From NCBI GenBank assembly GCA_965237525.1, contig CBDEFO010000007.1:736001-800000 (forward strand): 64,000 bases of DNA. The letters run 5' to 3'. Made by a program: the position numbers and the translations under genes. Position 1 is the first letter of the stretch. Each line of letters starts with the position of its first letter. Positions 30,974-40,518 of this stretch are shown here, piece after piece. The notes below the pieces were generated by a model. That model searched no databases, was not told the origin of the DNA, and was given only the letters and a program-made list of their open reading frames with translations. The stretch comes from Candidatus Latescibacterota bacterium (GTDB taxonomy: Bacteria > Latescibacterota > CBDEFO01).

Positions 30974-31002
30974 AAGATAGTCGTAGAACACTTCCTTGTC
31001 AA
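30974..31002 (-). promoter_or_regulatory. Sigma70-type promoter for the beta-barrel gene
   Basis: Minus strand TTGACA-17nt-TATCTT. Confidence 0.6.
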
Positions 31003-31043
31003 CGATTTTCAAGATCTTCCGAGATGAAGTGGATCATTTTCTA

Positions 31044-31072
31044 TTGACAACGGTTACAGGCAATAGTATAAT
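31044..31072 (+). promoter_or_regulatory. Perfect-consensus sigma70 promoter
   Basis: TTGACA-17nt-TATAAT. Confidence 0.85.
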
Positions 31073-31078
31073 ATGGTC

Positions 31079-31229
31079 AAGGACAATTGCTGATCCCAAA
31101 GATATGATGAAAATGTAAGGTGGAGTAGCTACAAACCTTGGGATATACTGTTATCATTATGTTCAGAGCAGTAGACTATGCCTTAAGATTCTGTTCCCGA
31201 CTTTCCTTGTCGTTGAAGGTCGGGATTTT
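31079..31229 (+). ncRNA. Candidate sRNA or attenuator leader (unclassified)
   Basis: Lies between a consensus promoter and a terminator-like hairpin; several complementary segments. Confidence 0.4.
31195..31229 (+). terminator. Terminator-like hairpin upstream of the ABC ATPase
   Basis: tcccgactttc...gaaggtcggga-tttt. Confidence 0.6.
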
Positions 31230-31299
31230 CCCTTATATAGGGATAAGTCGCCCTGTCATAACAGTGATTTGACGCCAGTCATTTGTCATTACAACTATT

Positions 31300-32136
31300 A
31301 TGGATGTCGTTCTTAAAGCCGAACGTATAAGATGCGGTTACGGGGATGCGGATGTGCTGAGGGGCATCGATTTGGACCTTGAGAGAGGAGACTTTATCGG
31401 AGTGATCGGTCCTAACGGTTCGGGGAAGAGTACGCTTTTGAAGGCTCTAAGCGCGGTTATAGGTTTGAAAGAGGGGAGTGTCTATCTGTTTGGAAGTAGG
31501 ATAGATGAGCTTTCCAGTAAAAAGATAGCTAGAAGGGTAGGGGTAATACCTCAGGATACGATTGTGAATTTTGCCTTTTCTGTGATGGATATTGTGCTTA
31601 TGGGGAGAACTCCCCATCTGAGAAGGTTCCAATCTGTGGGAAAGAAAGATTTGGATATGGTTTATGAGGCTATGGATTGGACGAGTACAATTCACCTGAA
31701 GGATAGACTCATAACGGAGCTTTCGGGGGGAGAAAGGCAGAGGGTGATCATAGCCAGAGCCTTAGCTCAAGAGACTGACATCCTGTTTTTGGACGAACCT
31801 ACCAGCCATCTGGACATTAATCATCAGGTGGAAATATTCGATCTCCTTCATAATCTAAACCGGGAGAAAAACTTAACAATTTTATGTGTGTCTCACGATC
31901 TGAATTTTTCAGCAGAGTACTGCAGGAGGATTATGCTTTTGAAAAACGGGGTAACGTTTAGGTACGGGACGCCCCAGGAGATTATCACGGCTGAGAATAT
32001 AAAGGAGGTATATGGAGCTGATGTCGTCGTTCAGCCGAGTCCCGTAGGCGGGGCGCCGCATATTGTGATAGTATCAAAGAAGAATAGACTTGAGAGAACA
32101 GTGGGAGATTCACGAACATTGACTTCGAAATTATAG
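31300..32136 (+). CDS. Iron-siderophore/cobalamin ABC transporter ATP-binding protein (FepC/BtuD-like)
   Basis: GPNGSGKST, LSGGERQR, LDEPTSHLD, SHDLN. Confidence 0.92.
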   Translation: MDVVLKAERIRCGYGDADVLRGIDLDLERGDFIGVIGPNGSGKSTLLKALSAVIGLKEGSVYLFGSRIDELSSKKIARRVGVIPQDTIVNFAFSVMDIVLMGRTPHLRRFQSVGKKDLDMVYEAMDWTSTIHLKDRLITELSGGERQRVIIARALAQETDILFLDEPTSHLDINHQVEIFDLLHNLNREKNLTILCVSHDLNFSAEYCRRIMLLKNGVTFRYGTPQEIITAENIKEVYGADVVVQPSPVGGAPHIVIVSKKNRLERTVGDSRTLTSKL

Positions 32137-32491
32137 AATGTGATAGAGATCACAGGAATAAGGCACGCATTTATATTTTCGATGTGCCTGTTGTGAATGT
32201 GCCGGGAGTGGCCAGGGCCGCATAGCCTTTTTTACCTTTGCTATGATGCTTGCAAGAGATCCTGATCTGATCTTTACAAGCTGTATGGTGAGGAATAGGA
32301 GTGAGAATCAAGAAAAGTAAAAGGCTGGACAGTTCTATCGGCTCTGATCCAAGGGAGCGTGTATTACATGCATATCTGGGTAGTTTAGCGGGCTGGGCAA
32401 AGGCTGGTATATGCCTTAGAACCTATGAGGGAATAAATCTGCTCCCAGATATTTGGGAGGTAAACCAGGGAAGCCGGTCTGCTTTGTAACT

Positions 32492-33535
32492 ATGATAATA
32501 TTCAAACAATTAAGGTTTATTCTCCCTATTTTAGTAGTTGCCTTATGCGGGTCTGCGCTCCTCTCGATAAGAGTAGGTGTTGTTGAAATATCTTTGAAGG
32601 ATGCAGTGGGCATAATCTTGAGTCAGACACCGCTTATAGGGAGCGTGTCTGCCGAATCGGTGTTTGATGAGACGAGCCTGACTATCATATCAAGGATCAG
32701 ACTTCCGAGGCTGATTTTGACCATGCTTGTAGGGGCTGCGCTTGCGATGTCGGGAACGGTTATGCAGGGCTTCTTTCAAAATCCTATGGCTGATCCGTAC
32801 ATCGTGGGTGTCTCTTCAGGGGCAGCTTTGGGCGCGACAACAGCGATGGCTCTGGGGATAGAACTTACGTTTGTGGGGCTAAGCTCAGTCCCTGTGATGG
32901 CATTTTCAGGGGCATTATGTGTGACGTTCCTGGTGTATGGGCTGAGTCTGAGAGGCGGAAAAGTGATGGCTTCTATTCTGCTTTTGACAGGGATCGCGAT
33001 AGGGGCTTTAGCATCTGCCCTAACGGCGTTTATTATGCTGATGAGCGATGAGAATTTACACACTATTTTCTTCTGGCTTATGGGAAGCTTCTCCGCAGGA
33101 TCGTGGAAGCATGTCCTGATGGTGTTTCCATATATTCTTACGGGGTCCGCGGTAATCCTGGTCTTCGCCAGGGACATGAATGTTATGCTCTTAGGCGAGG
33201 AATCGGCGCGTCACTTGGGGATAGAGGTGGAAAAGGTAAAGCGAATTCTTCTAGTTGTAGCGTCTCTTTTGGCTGCGTCGGCTGTGGCGGTGAGCGGGAT
33301 CATAGGTTTTGCGGGCTTGATGGTTCCCCACATTATGAGAATGGTGGTGGGACCTGATCACAGGAGACTCTTGCCAACTTCTCTTCTGTCGGGCGCAATA
33401 TTGATGGTACTGGCAGATACAGCAGCAAGGATCGTGGTAGCTCCATCGGAGATGCCGATAGGGATCATTACTGCGATCCTTGGCTGTCCGTTTTTTGTCT
33501 TCCTGCTATCAAGGAGAAAGGATATTAATATATAG
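32492..33535 (+). CDS. FecCD/BtuC family ABC permease
   Basis: IRLPR, QNPMADPYIVGVSSGA, GIIGFAGLMVPH, PIGIITAILGCPFF. Confidence 0.93.
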   Translation: MIIFKQLRFILPILVVALCGSALLSIRVGVVEISLKDAVGIILSQTPLIGSVSAESVFDETSLTIISRIRLPRLILTMLVGAALAMSGTVMQGFFQNPMADPYIVGVSSGAALGATTAMALGIELTFVGLSSVPVMAFSGALCVTFLVYGLSLRGGKVMASILLLTGIAIGALASALTAFIMLMSDENLHTIFFWLMGSFSAGSWKHVLMVFPYILTGSAVILVFARDMNVMLLGEESARHLGIEVEKVKRILLVVASLLAASAVAVSGIIGFAGLMVPHIMRMVVGPDHRRLLPTSLLSGAILMVLADTAARIVVAPSEMPIGIITAILGCPFFVFLLSRRKDINI

Positions 33536-33645
33536 GATTTACCTACTGAAACAGAGCAAATTGCTTGATAAATTGTCCGAATTATATTAGATTAAATTAT
33601 ATCGCTTTGTTCTTGAAGAACCTATCCTTCAAAGGGGAAGAGAAA

Positions 33646-34869
33646 GTGGATTATCCCAGGATTCGTAATATAGAAGCCTTCCCGACGGAAATGTCGGGTC
33701 AAAAGGTGGTCTGTCTGCGCGATCCGCTGCGGTTCACAGATAACATGCTTTTTGTGCCTTTTAACGTGTTCTATATTATTAACATGTTCGATGGACAGCA
33801 TTCTATCCTGGATATTCAGACGGCTTATTCCAGAAAGTATCGGGATCTCCTGTTCAGCGATCGTCTGAAAGAAATAATGGATCAGTTAGATTCCTATCTG
33901 TTTTTGGAAAGCGACAGGTTCAACCAAGCTAAGAGGAACATGGAACAGGAGTTTAAAGATAGCCAGATCAGGAAAGCGTCGCACGCAGGGAGCGCGTATC
34001 AGGAGGATCCTGAGGCCCTGAGATCGCAGCTAGGGAGCTTTTTCAGTTCTCCAGAGGGGCCGGGCCAGCCCGTAGTGGAGACTCCCTCAGGAGAGTTGAA
34101 GGGCGTTATCTCCCCGCACATAGATTTCAGCAGAGGAGGTGTGTGTTCTGCATGGGCTTGTAAAGAGGTGGCTGAGCGGTGCGATGCCGATGTCTTTGTG
34201 ATCTTCGGCACCGGGCATTTTGCTGTCAATATGTTTGCCGTAACATCCAAGGATTTTGGGACTCCGCTTGGGATTGTAAGATCGCATAGGGATTTTATAG
34301 GGCAATTGGGAGAATTATGCGAACAGGATATTTTTGAGGACGAGTTTGCGCATAGAACTGAACATTCTATCGAATTCCAAGTGCTCTTTCTCCAGTATCT
34401 TTTTGGAGGTAAGAAGGATATAAGGATAGTTCCAATTCTGTGCGGGTCCTTTAATCAGATGATGCTTGACGGTAGGATACCGTGCAAGGACGAACACTTT
34501 ACAGATTTTGTGGAAGCATTGAGGATTACTATAGATGAATGGGGGGAGAAAGTATGCTTCATCGCAGGGGTGGATCTTGCTCACATGGGTCAAAAGTTTG
34601 GAGATCAAGAGGCTTTGATTGCTGGGTTTGTGGAATGGGTGGAGGATGAGGATAAGAGGCTGTTAGATTTTGTGGGAAAGGTAGATATGGACGGATTCTT
34701 TCACTCTATTAGCAAGGATAATGACAGAAGGAGGATCTGTGGATTTTCGTCTATCTGCACTATGCTGAGCGTTATGAATGCAAAAGAAGGCAGGGTTTTG
34801 AAGTACGATAAGGCTGTTGACAACCTGACGCAGTCTGTTGTGAGCTTTACAAGTGTGGCTTTTTACTAA
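33646..34869 (+). CDS. amrB: MEMO1 family protein (AmmeMemoRadiSam protein B) with N-terminal extension
   Basis: HAGSAY, ISPHID, GTGH, TPLG, HRTEHSIEFQ, DLAH, ICG. Confidence 0.88.
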   Translation: MDYPRIRNIEAFPTEMSGQKVVCLRDPLRFTDNMLFVPFNVFYIINMFDGQHSILDIQTAYSRKYRDLLFSDRLKEIMDQLDSYLFLESDRFNQAKRNMEQEFKDSQIRKASHAGSAYQEDPEALRSQLGSFFSSPEGPGQPVVETPSGELKGVISPHIDFSRGGVCSAWACKEVAERCDADVFVIFGTGHFAVNMFAVTSKDFGTPLGIVRSHRDFIGQLGELCEQDIFEDEFAHRTEHSIEFQVLFLQYLFGGKKDIRIVPILCGSFNQMMLDGRIPCKDEHFTDFVEALRITIDEWGEKVCFIAGVDLAHMGQKFGDQEALIAGFVEWVEDEDKRLLDFVGKVDMDGFFHSISKDNDRRRICGFSSICTMLSVMNAKEGRVLKYDKAVDNLTQSVVSFTSVAFY

Positions 34870-34896
34870 TCTTGGCCTGCGGTTGTCTACCTTCAA

Positions 34897-35346
34897 ATGA
34901 CGGGGTCGGTAATAATGGCTGACACAGTGAGATGTGGAATCTCCATAACGTCTACACTTTTGGATAGGTTTGATAACTTGATAGAGAAGCAGGTATACTC
35001 AAACAGGTCTGAGGCAATAAGGGACCTTATCAGGGATAAGCTGGTGGAGACAGAATGGGAGGAGAAGGATCACGAGATTGTAGGGGCTATTACAATTATC
35101 TACAGCCATGAAACCAGGGAACTTTTAGGTAAGCTTTTGGATCTTCAGCATCACAATTTCAGTTCTATAATCTTCACTATACACGTTCATCTAAATGAGC
35201 AAAACTGCCTCGAAGTTATGGTCGCAAGGGGACGGGTGGGGGACGTTAAGGGGATAGCTTATAGGTTGATCAGCACTAAAGGTGTAAACCACGGCGAGCT
35301 TACAATGACTTCCCTGGGGGACAGCTATGGTAAAAAGGGAGGGTAA
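34897..35346 (+). CDS. nikR: Nickel-responsive regulator NikR
   Basis: RHH YSNRSEAIRDLIR plus QH..HVHL...CLEV metal site. Confidence 0.92.
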   Translation: MTGSVIMADTVRCGISITSTLLDRFDNLIEKQVYSNRSEAIRDLIRDKLVETEWEEKDHEIVGAITIIYSHETRELLGKLLDLQHHNFSSIIFTIHVHLNEQNCLEVMVARGRVGDVKGIAYRLISTKGVNHGELTMTSLGDSYGKKGG

Positions 35347-35715
35347 ATGAAGGGAGACGTTATCCGTGTGAAGAATATGAGGTTCTACGCCTATCATGGA
35401 GATCTCCCCGAGGAGGCTAAATTGGGTCAGGAATTTCAGGTAGATGTGGACGTGTGGACAGACTTTGCTAAGGCTGCAATGACAGATAATGTCAAAAATA
35501 CTATACACTATGGGACGATCTACAGGTTAACTGAGGAGTTAGTAACAGGCAAGAGATTCAATTTAGTTGAGAAGTTGGCCGAGGAGATAGCTGTGACAGT
35601 GAAGGACAGGTTGGATGTGGACGGGGTGCTTGTCAGAGTAAGGAAGCCTAATACTCCGATAGAGGGGCACTTCGATTGCATAGAGGTGGAGATAAAGAGG
35701 GAGTTTTGTAAATAG
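35347..35715 (+). CDS. folB: Dihydroneopterin aldolase
   Basis: FYAYHG..EE..GQEF, TIHYG, NLVE, VRKP. Confidence 0.93.
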   Translation: MKGDVIRVKNMRFYAYHGDLPEEAKLGQEFQVDVDVWTDFAKAAMTDNVKNTIHYGTIYRLTEELVTGKRFNLVEKLAEEIAVTVKDRLDVDGVLVRVRKPNTPIEGHFDCIEVEIKREFCK

Positions 35716-36216
35716 ATGACAACGGCTTACATCGCTATGGGATCCAATTGGGGAGATCGAATGGGATTCTTAAGTTCGGCTGTGGTGGCCCTTTCTGAGT
35801 CTGAAGGGATAAATTTAACGGCCTGGTCGTCAGTATATGAGACTGAGCCTATGGAGGTAGAGAATCAGCCGTTTTTCTTGAATATGGTTGTGGAGGCAAA
35901 GATGGATCTAGGGCCGAGTCAACTCCTGGATAGGTTGAAAGAAATCGAAAGGAGCCTGGGAAGAAAGAATAAAAGTAAATTGGAGCCGAGGACTATAGAT
36001 CTGGACATGCTACTGTATGGGGATTTAGTTCTGAACGAAGATTCCTTGATCATCCCTCATCCAAGGATGGAAAGTAGAGCTTTTGTGTTAGTTCCCCTCG
36101 CGGAGCTGACTCCTGATCTGATGCATCCTGTCTCTAAGACGAAAGTATCCGATCTACTTGAAAATTGCAGGCATGGGAAGGTTGATTTCCTGGGCAGCTT
36201 GGATAATTCAGGATAA
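35716..36216 (+). CDS. folK: 2-amino-4-hydroxy-6-hydroxymethyldihydropteridine diphosphokinase
   Basis: MGSN, YETEP, FLN, PRTIDLDML, PHPRM..RAFVLVPL. Confidence 0.95.
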   Translation: MTTAYIAMGSNWGDRMGFLSSAVVALSESEGINLTAWSSVYETEPMEVENQPFFLNMVVEAKMDLGPSQLLDRLKEIERSLGRKNKSKLEPRTIDLDMLLYGDLVLNEDSLIIPHPRMESRAFVLVPLAELTPDLMHPVSKTKVSDLLENCRHGKVDFLGSLDNSG

Positions 36217-36252
36217 TCACTATTCAAAATCTATAACAATAATAGTTTCATT

Positions 36253-36909
36253 TTGCCCATACGAGTGACCTTGAATCATCCGAAGTACATAGCTGTCGAG
36301 GGTATGATAGGTGTAGGGAAGACGACTCTTGCAAAGATATTGGCAGAGAAATTAGAGATGAAACTTATGCTTGAAGAAGTGGAGAATCCCTTCCTGCCGA
36401 AGTTTTACGAAGATCCCACAAGATACGCTTTCCAAACACAGATGTTTTTCCTGTTGAGCAGGTATAGACAGCAGCAGAGGCTCATCCAACCAGATCTCTT
36501 CGAAAGCTCGATTGTGAGCGACTATCTTTTTGCCAAGGACAGGATATTTGCCCATGTGAATCTGGGCGATGAGGAATTGGCTCTGTACGAGAGATTGGCG
36601 ACTTTACTTGAGAAAGATATTCCGAAGCCGGATTTGGTGATATATCTTCAATCGAATATCGAAAAACTGACGGAAACGATAAATCAAAGGGCAAGGGACA
36701 ATGAAAGGGAGATAGACTCCGAGTATCTGCAGAATCTGAACGATGCGTATAATCACTTTTTCTTCCACTATGATGAAACTACACTTTTAGTGGTAAGGGC
36801 ATCTGACATAGATTTTTTGAAGGATACTGAAGGTTTGATATCCCAGATTGAAAACCCTTTTGTGGGAACAAAATACTACGTTCCCATGGGATCCCAACGA
36901 ATGCTATGA
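36253..36909 (+). CDS. Deoxynucleoside kinase
   Basis: IAVEGMIGVGKTT, NPFLPKFY, FLLSR, KDRIFA, PDLVIYL. Confidence 0.92.
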   Translation: MPIRVTLNHPKYIAVEGMIGVGKTTLAKILAEKLEMKLMLEEVENPFLPKFYEDPTRYAFQTQMFFLLSRYRQQQRLIQPDLFESSIVSDYLFAKDRIFAHVNLGDEELALYERLATLLEKDIPKPDLVIYLQSNIEKLTETINQRARDNEREIDSEYLQNLNDAYNHFFFHYDETTLLVVRASDIDFLKDTEGLISQIENPFVGTKYYVPMGSQRML

Positions 36910-37712
36910 AAAAAGATAAAGTCACCGCGGTAAGACTCCTGGAGATGAAGGCAAAGGGCGAAAAGATCGCTGCATTGACGGCTTACGAGACGATATTCGC
37001 CTCCATTCTGGATGAGATAGGAGTAGATCTTGTTTTAGTCGGGGATACCTTGGGACAGACCTTTGCAGGCTACGATACTACTCTCCCTGTGACGGTAGAT
37101 CAGATGGTTTACCACACTTGTATAGTGTCCAGATGTGTTGAGAGAGCGCTGGTAGTAGGAGATATGCCTTTTATGTCCTTCCAGGTGAGCCCTGAGGAGG
37201 CCTTAAAGAATGTAGGTAGAATTATAAAAGAAGGTGGTGCAGAGGCGGTAAAGCTCGAAGGCGGATCCCTGATAGTGGATACTGTAGACAAGATTGTGAA
37301 CGCCGGGATCCCTGTTATGGGACACATCGGTCTGACCCCTCAGTCTGTGCATAAAGTGGGTGGATTCAAGGTCCAGGGAAGGGAAGAAAAGGAAAGCGCG
37401 AAGCTTATTCAGGACGCTAAGGCGCTTGAGGAAGCTGGAGTCTTCAGTCTAGTACTGGAAGCGATGCCTTACGATCTGGCCAAGGATATAACTGCACGCC
37501 TCAAGGTTCCAACTATAGGGATAGGCGCGGGACCATACTGCGACGGACAGATACTGGTAACTCAGGATCTGTTGGGACTCTTTGAAAGATTTCTGCCTAA
37601 GTACGTCAGAAAGTACGCAGAGATGGCAAAGGAGACAAGGCAGGCGTGTAAATCTTATATCGAAGATGTAAAAGCGCAGAAGTTTCCGTCTCTAGATGAA
37701 AGCTATGGATGA
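36906..37712 (+). CDS. panB: 3-methyl-2-oxobutanoate hydroxymethyltransferase
   Basis: LVGDT, DMPF, VKLEGG, GHIGLTPQS, IGIGAG..DGQ. Confidence 0.96.
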   Translation: MKKDKVTAVRLLEMKAKGEKIAALTAYETIFASILDEIGVDLVLVGDTLGQTFAGYDTTLPVTVDQMVYHTCIVSRCVERALVVGDMPFMSFQVSPEEALKNVGRIIKEGGAEAVKLEGGSLIVDTVDKIVNAGIPVMGHIGLTPQSVHKVGGFKVQGREEKESAKLIQDAKALEEAGVFSLVLEAMPYDLAKDITARLKVPTIGIGAGPYCDGQILVTQDLLGLFERFLPKYVRKYAEMAKETRQACKSYIEDVKAQKFPSLDESYG

Positions 37713-37757
37713 CAACGGACCGGAATTGCGCATAGTAATGAGTCCGCAAAGATTCAA

Positions 37758-38612
37758 ATGTCGATTAAAACAATTATAGATGCTGTCGACCAAATGCATA
37801 CTTGGGCAGACGAGGCAAGGTCTACAAAGATGAAAATAGGCTTAGTGCCTACTATGGGTTTTCTGCATCAAGGGCATCTGAGTCTAGTAAAAAAGGCAAG
37901 AGATAAGGCAGATCAAGTTGTGGTGAGTATATTTGTGAATCCGGGTCAGTTTGAACCGAACGAAGACTTTGAGGACTATCCGAGAGATTTCGAAAGAGAT
38001 GTGACTCTGGTAGGAAAGGCTGGTGGTGATGTGATCTTCGCTCCCTCTGTGGAGGAGATGTACCCTGAGGGTTTTAATACTTACGTGAAAGTAGAGAAAT
38101 TAACTGAAGGTCTTTGTGGGGCATCACGTCCCTCTCACTTCCAGGGAGTGACTATTGCTGTGACCAAGCTGCTCTGCTGTGTGAAGCCGCACTTTGCGGT
38201 GTTCGGTCAAAAGGATGCTCAGCAGGCGTTCGTTATAGAAAGGGTGGTCCAGGATCTAAACATGGATGTGGAGATAGTAGTGTGTCCTACAGTCCGGGAG
38301 GAGGACGGCATCGCTATGAGTTCGCGGAATATGTATCTCTCTTGTCAGGAGAGGAAAGATGCTACGATTCTGTTCAAGTCTCTTCAAAGGGCAAGAAAGA
38401 TGATAGGAGAGGGACAAAGGGAAGCTGATAAAATAATCAAGCTCATAAAGGATATGATAGAGGCACAGAGGACGGCCAGGGTAGATTATGTGTCAATTGT
38501 AGATACCTTAAATCTAAAAGAGATAGATACGATTGAAGGGGAGGTGCTGATAGCTCTTGCAGTATGGTTTGGGAGCGCAAGATTGATAGATAATGCGATA
38601 GTATCAGTCTAA
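37758..38612 (+). CDS. panC: Pantoate--beta-alanine ligase
   Basis: VPTMGFLHQGH, SIFVNP, FGQKDAQQ, MSSRN, RLIDN. Confidence 0.96.
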   Translation: MSIKTIIDAVDQMHTWADEARSTKMKIGLVPTMGFLHQGHLSLVKKARDKADQVVVSIFVNPGQFEPNEDFEDYPRDFERDVTLVGKAGGDVIFAPSVEEMYPEGFNTYVKVEKLTEGLCGASRPSHFQGVTIAVTKLLCCVKPHFAVFGQKDAQQAFVIERVVQDLNMDVEIVVCPTVREEDGIAMSSRNMYLSCQERKDATILFKSLQRARKMIGEGQREADKIIKLIKDMIEAQRTARVDYVSIVDTLNLKEIDTIEGEVLIALAVWFGSARLIDNAIVSV

Positions 38613-38694
38613 GACGGATCTAGCGGTTAGGTATAAATTGAAGTGCCGGAGGACTTCGGTTGCATCAAATTGCATTTGGTAAATTCACTATCCA

Positions 38695-39325
38695 ATGAAA
38701 CATCTTAACTTAGGTGTTCTCGCCTCCGGCGGGGGCACGAATCTTCAGGCAATAATTGACAATTGCCAAAAGGGTGCAATTGATGCGGATGTGGGGGTTG
38801 TCATAAGTAATAGTAGCAGCTCCGGAGCCTTAGAAAGGTCGCGCAAACACGGTATTCCCGCTCTTCATATAAGCGGAACTAAGTTGGATTCAGACGATGT
38901 GGTAGATGAGACTATACTGCATGCCCTTGGCAGACCACAATGTAGATTTGGTGGTATTAGCAGGATATATGAAGCTTATAGGAACAAAGGTTTTAGGTGC
39001 CTATAGAAACAGGATATTGAATATACATCCTGCTCTCCTTCCATCGTTCGGCGGGAAGGGCCTGTACGGCCGTAGAGTGCATGAGGAGGTAATAGAAAGC
39101 GGCGTGAAGGTCTCCGGGGTTACAGTTCATATTGTGGACGAGGAGTACGATCACGGTCCGATAGTTGCTCAAAGGCCGGTTCCGGTATTGGATGAGGATT
39201 CACCCGATGATCTTGGAGAGAGGGTGTTAAACGAGGAGCATAAGTTGTACTCTAAAGTGATTCAGTTGTTTGCCGAAGGGAGAATAAGAGTTCAAGGGAG
39301 AAAAGTAAAGATAACGGAGCGCTAG
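38695..39325 (+). CDS. purN: Phosphoribosylglycinamide formyltransferase; 1-nt frameshift near 38924
   Basis: SGGGTNLQA in ORF 38695-39006; LAGYM, NIHPALLP, GVTVH, DHGP in ORF 38906-39325. Confidence 0.92.
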
Positions 39326-39327
39326 AA

Positions 39328-39972
39328 ATGGGCGATCTATGTGTGAAGGATGGGGAAACCTTTCTCTTTATCGGAGACAGCATCACAGACTGTGGAAGAC
39401 AGGAAGACAAAGCTCCTTTTGGGGACGGATACGTCAGTCTCTTCATCGATATTGCGACCAGCCAGTGCCCTGATCGGAATATCACCTTTATCAACAAAGG
39501 GATCGGTGGCAATAGTGTAACGAGCTTGAAGGATCGCTGGGAAGCTGATGTGATTGTCGAAAACCCGGACTGGCTCTCTGTAAAGATAGGGATCAACGAC
39601 ATTCACTGCCACGTTCGCGGTGCGGACAATGCAGTCTCTCCTTCTCTATTCCGCCAGACGTACGACTATATCCTCGGCCAGGCAGTGGAAAAAACAAGTG
39701 CTCAGCTTGTCCTTATAGATCCATTTTATATCAGCGCGGATCGTTCGGACCAGACGTTCGCGAGTAGTGTGATGGAGATTATTCCAGAGTATTTAAGGGT
39801 TGTCCACGATATGAGCCAACAATACAAAACCCGACTCGTTAAGACTCATGATGTATTTCAGAAACACCTCAAATACAGGGCCCCGGAGACCTTCTGCCCC
39901 GAGCCTGTACATCCCAATCGTACAGGGCATGTAGTCATTGCAATGGAGTTGATGGATGTGCTGACATATTGA
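39328..39972 (+). CDS. SGNH/GDSL hydrolase
   Basis: GDSIT, NKGIGG, GIND, VHPN. Confidence 0.9.
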   Translation: MGDLCVKDGETFLFIGDSITDCGRQEDKAPFGDGYVSLFIDIATSQCPDRNITFINKGIGGNSVTSLKDRWEADVIVENPDWLSVKIGINDIHCHVRGADNAVSPSLFRQTYDYILGQAVEKTSAQLVLIDPFYISADRSDQTFASSVMEIIPEYLRVVHDMSQQYKTRLVKTHDVFQKHLKYRAPETFCPEPVHPNRTGHVVIAMELMDVLTY

Positions 39973-39990
39973 TACAGATACAAGTACAAC

Positions 39991-40518
39991 TTGGACAAGG
40001 AGAAGGAAATCTCAGATAAGTTTGAGGTGATCAAGTTTTGTCCCAGATGCGGAGGGCATCTGGAAAAGCGCATCTTAGATGGAATGGAAAGACCGGTGTG
40101 CAAGGACTGTGATTTTGTATTTTATCTGAATCCTACTCCTGCGGCTGCGGTCGTGATACTGAATGATACTAAGGTTTTGTTTGTAAAGAGGGCGTTTGAG
40201 CCTCGAAAAGGGGCATGGTCTCTCCCGGCGGGGTTTGAGGAATACTTTGAGTCACCGGAAGAGTGCGCAATCAGGGAAGTAAAGGAGGAAACAGGGCTTG
40301 ACGTGGAAAATCTGGAACTTTTGGGCGTATATTCAGGTAGTGAAGACCCGAGGACCAGAGTGGTGTTAATCGTGTATATTACCGACACGTGGCAGGGCGA
40401 GGTCACCCCGGGGGACGATGCAAGTGAAGCTAGGTGGTTCGACCTGGATAGTCCTCCGAAAGATATAGCTTTCCGTAATCATCAAAGGGCCGTGGATGCA
40501 GCAAGGATCAGAATTTAG
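39991..40518 (+). CDS. NUDIX hydrolase with N-terminal zinc ribbon
   Basis: FCPRCG..CKDC; Nudix box GFEEYFESPEECAIREVKEETG. Confidence 0.9.
   Translation: MDKEKEISDKFEVIKFCPRCGGHLEKRILDGMERPVCKDCDFVFYLNPTPAAAVVILNDTKVLFVKRAFEPRKGAWSLPAGFEEYFESPEECAIREVKEETGLDVENLELLGVYSGSEDPRTRVVLIVYITDTWQGEVTPGDDASEARWFDLDSPPKDIAFRNHQRAVDAARIRI

Noticed and set aside
31085..31125. Twister-ribozyme-like string gctgatcccaaag...aaaatgtaagg
   Set aside because: The resemblance is superficial; the required stems and pseudoknots could not be built
31079..32491. Cobalamin riboswitch for the BtuCD-like genes
   Set aside because: B12-box and the GGGAA/GCCACTG core motifs were not found in the expected arrangement
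33565..33593. Possible internal promoter TTGATA-17-TAGATT before the MEMO gene
   Set aside because: Plausible, but too weak a match in AT-rich DNA to call
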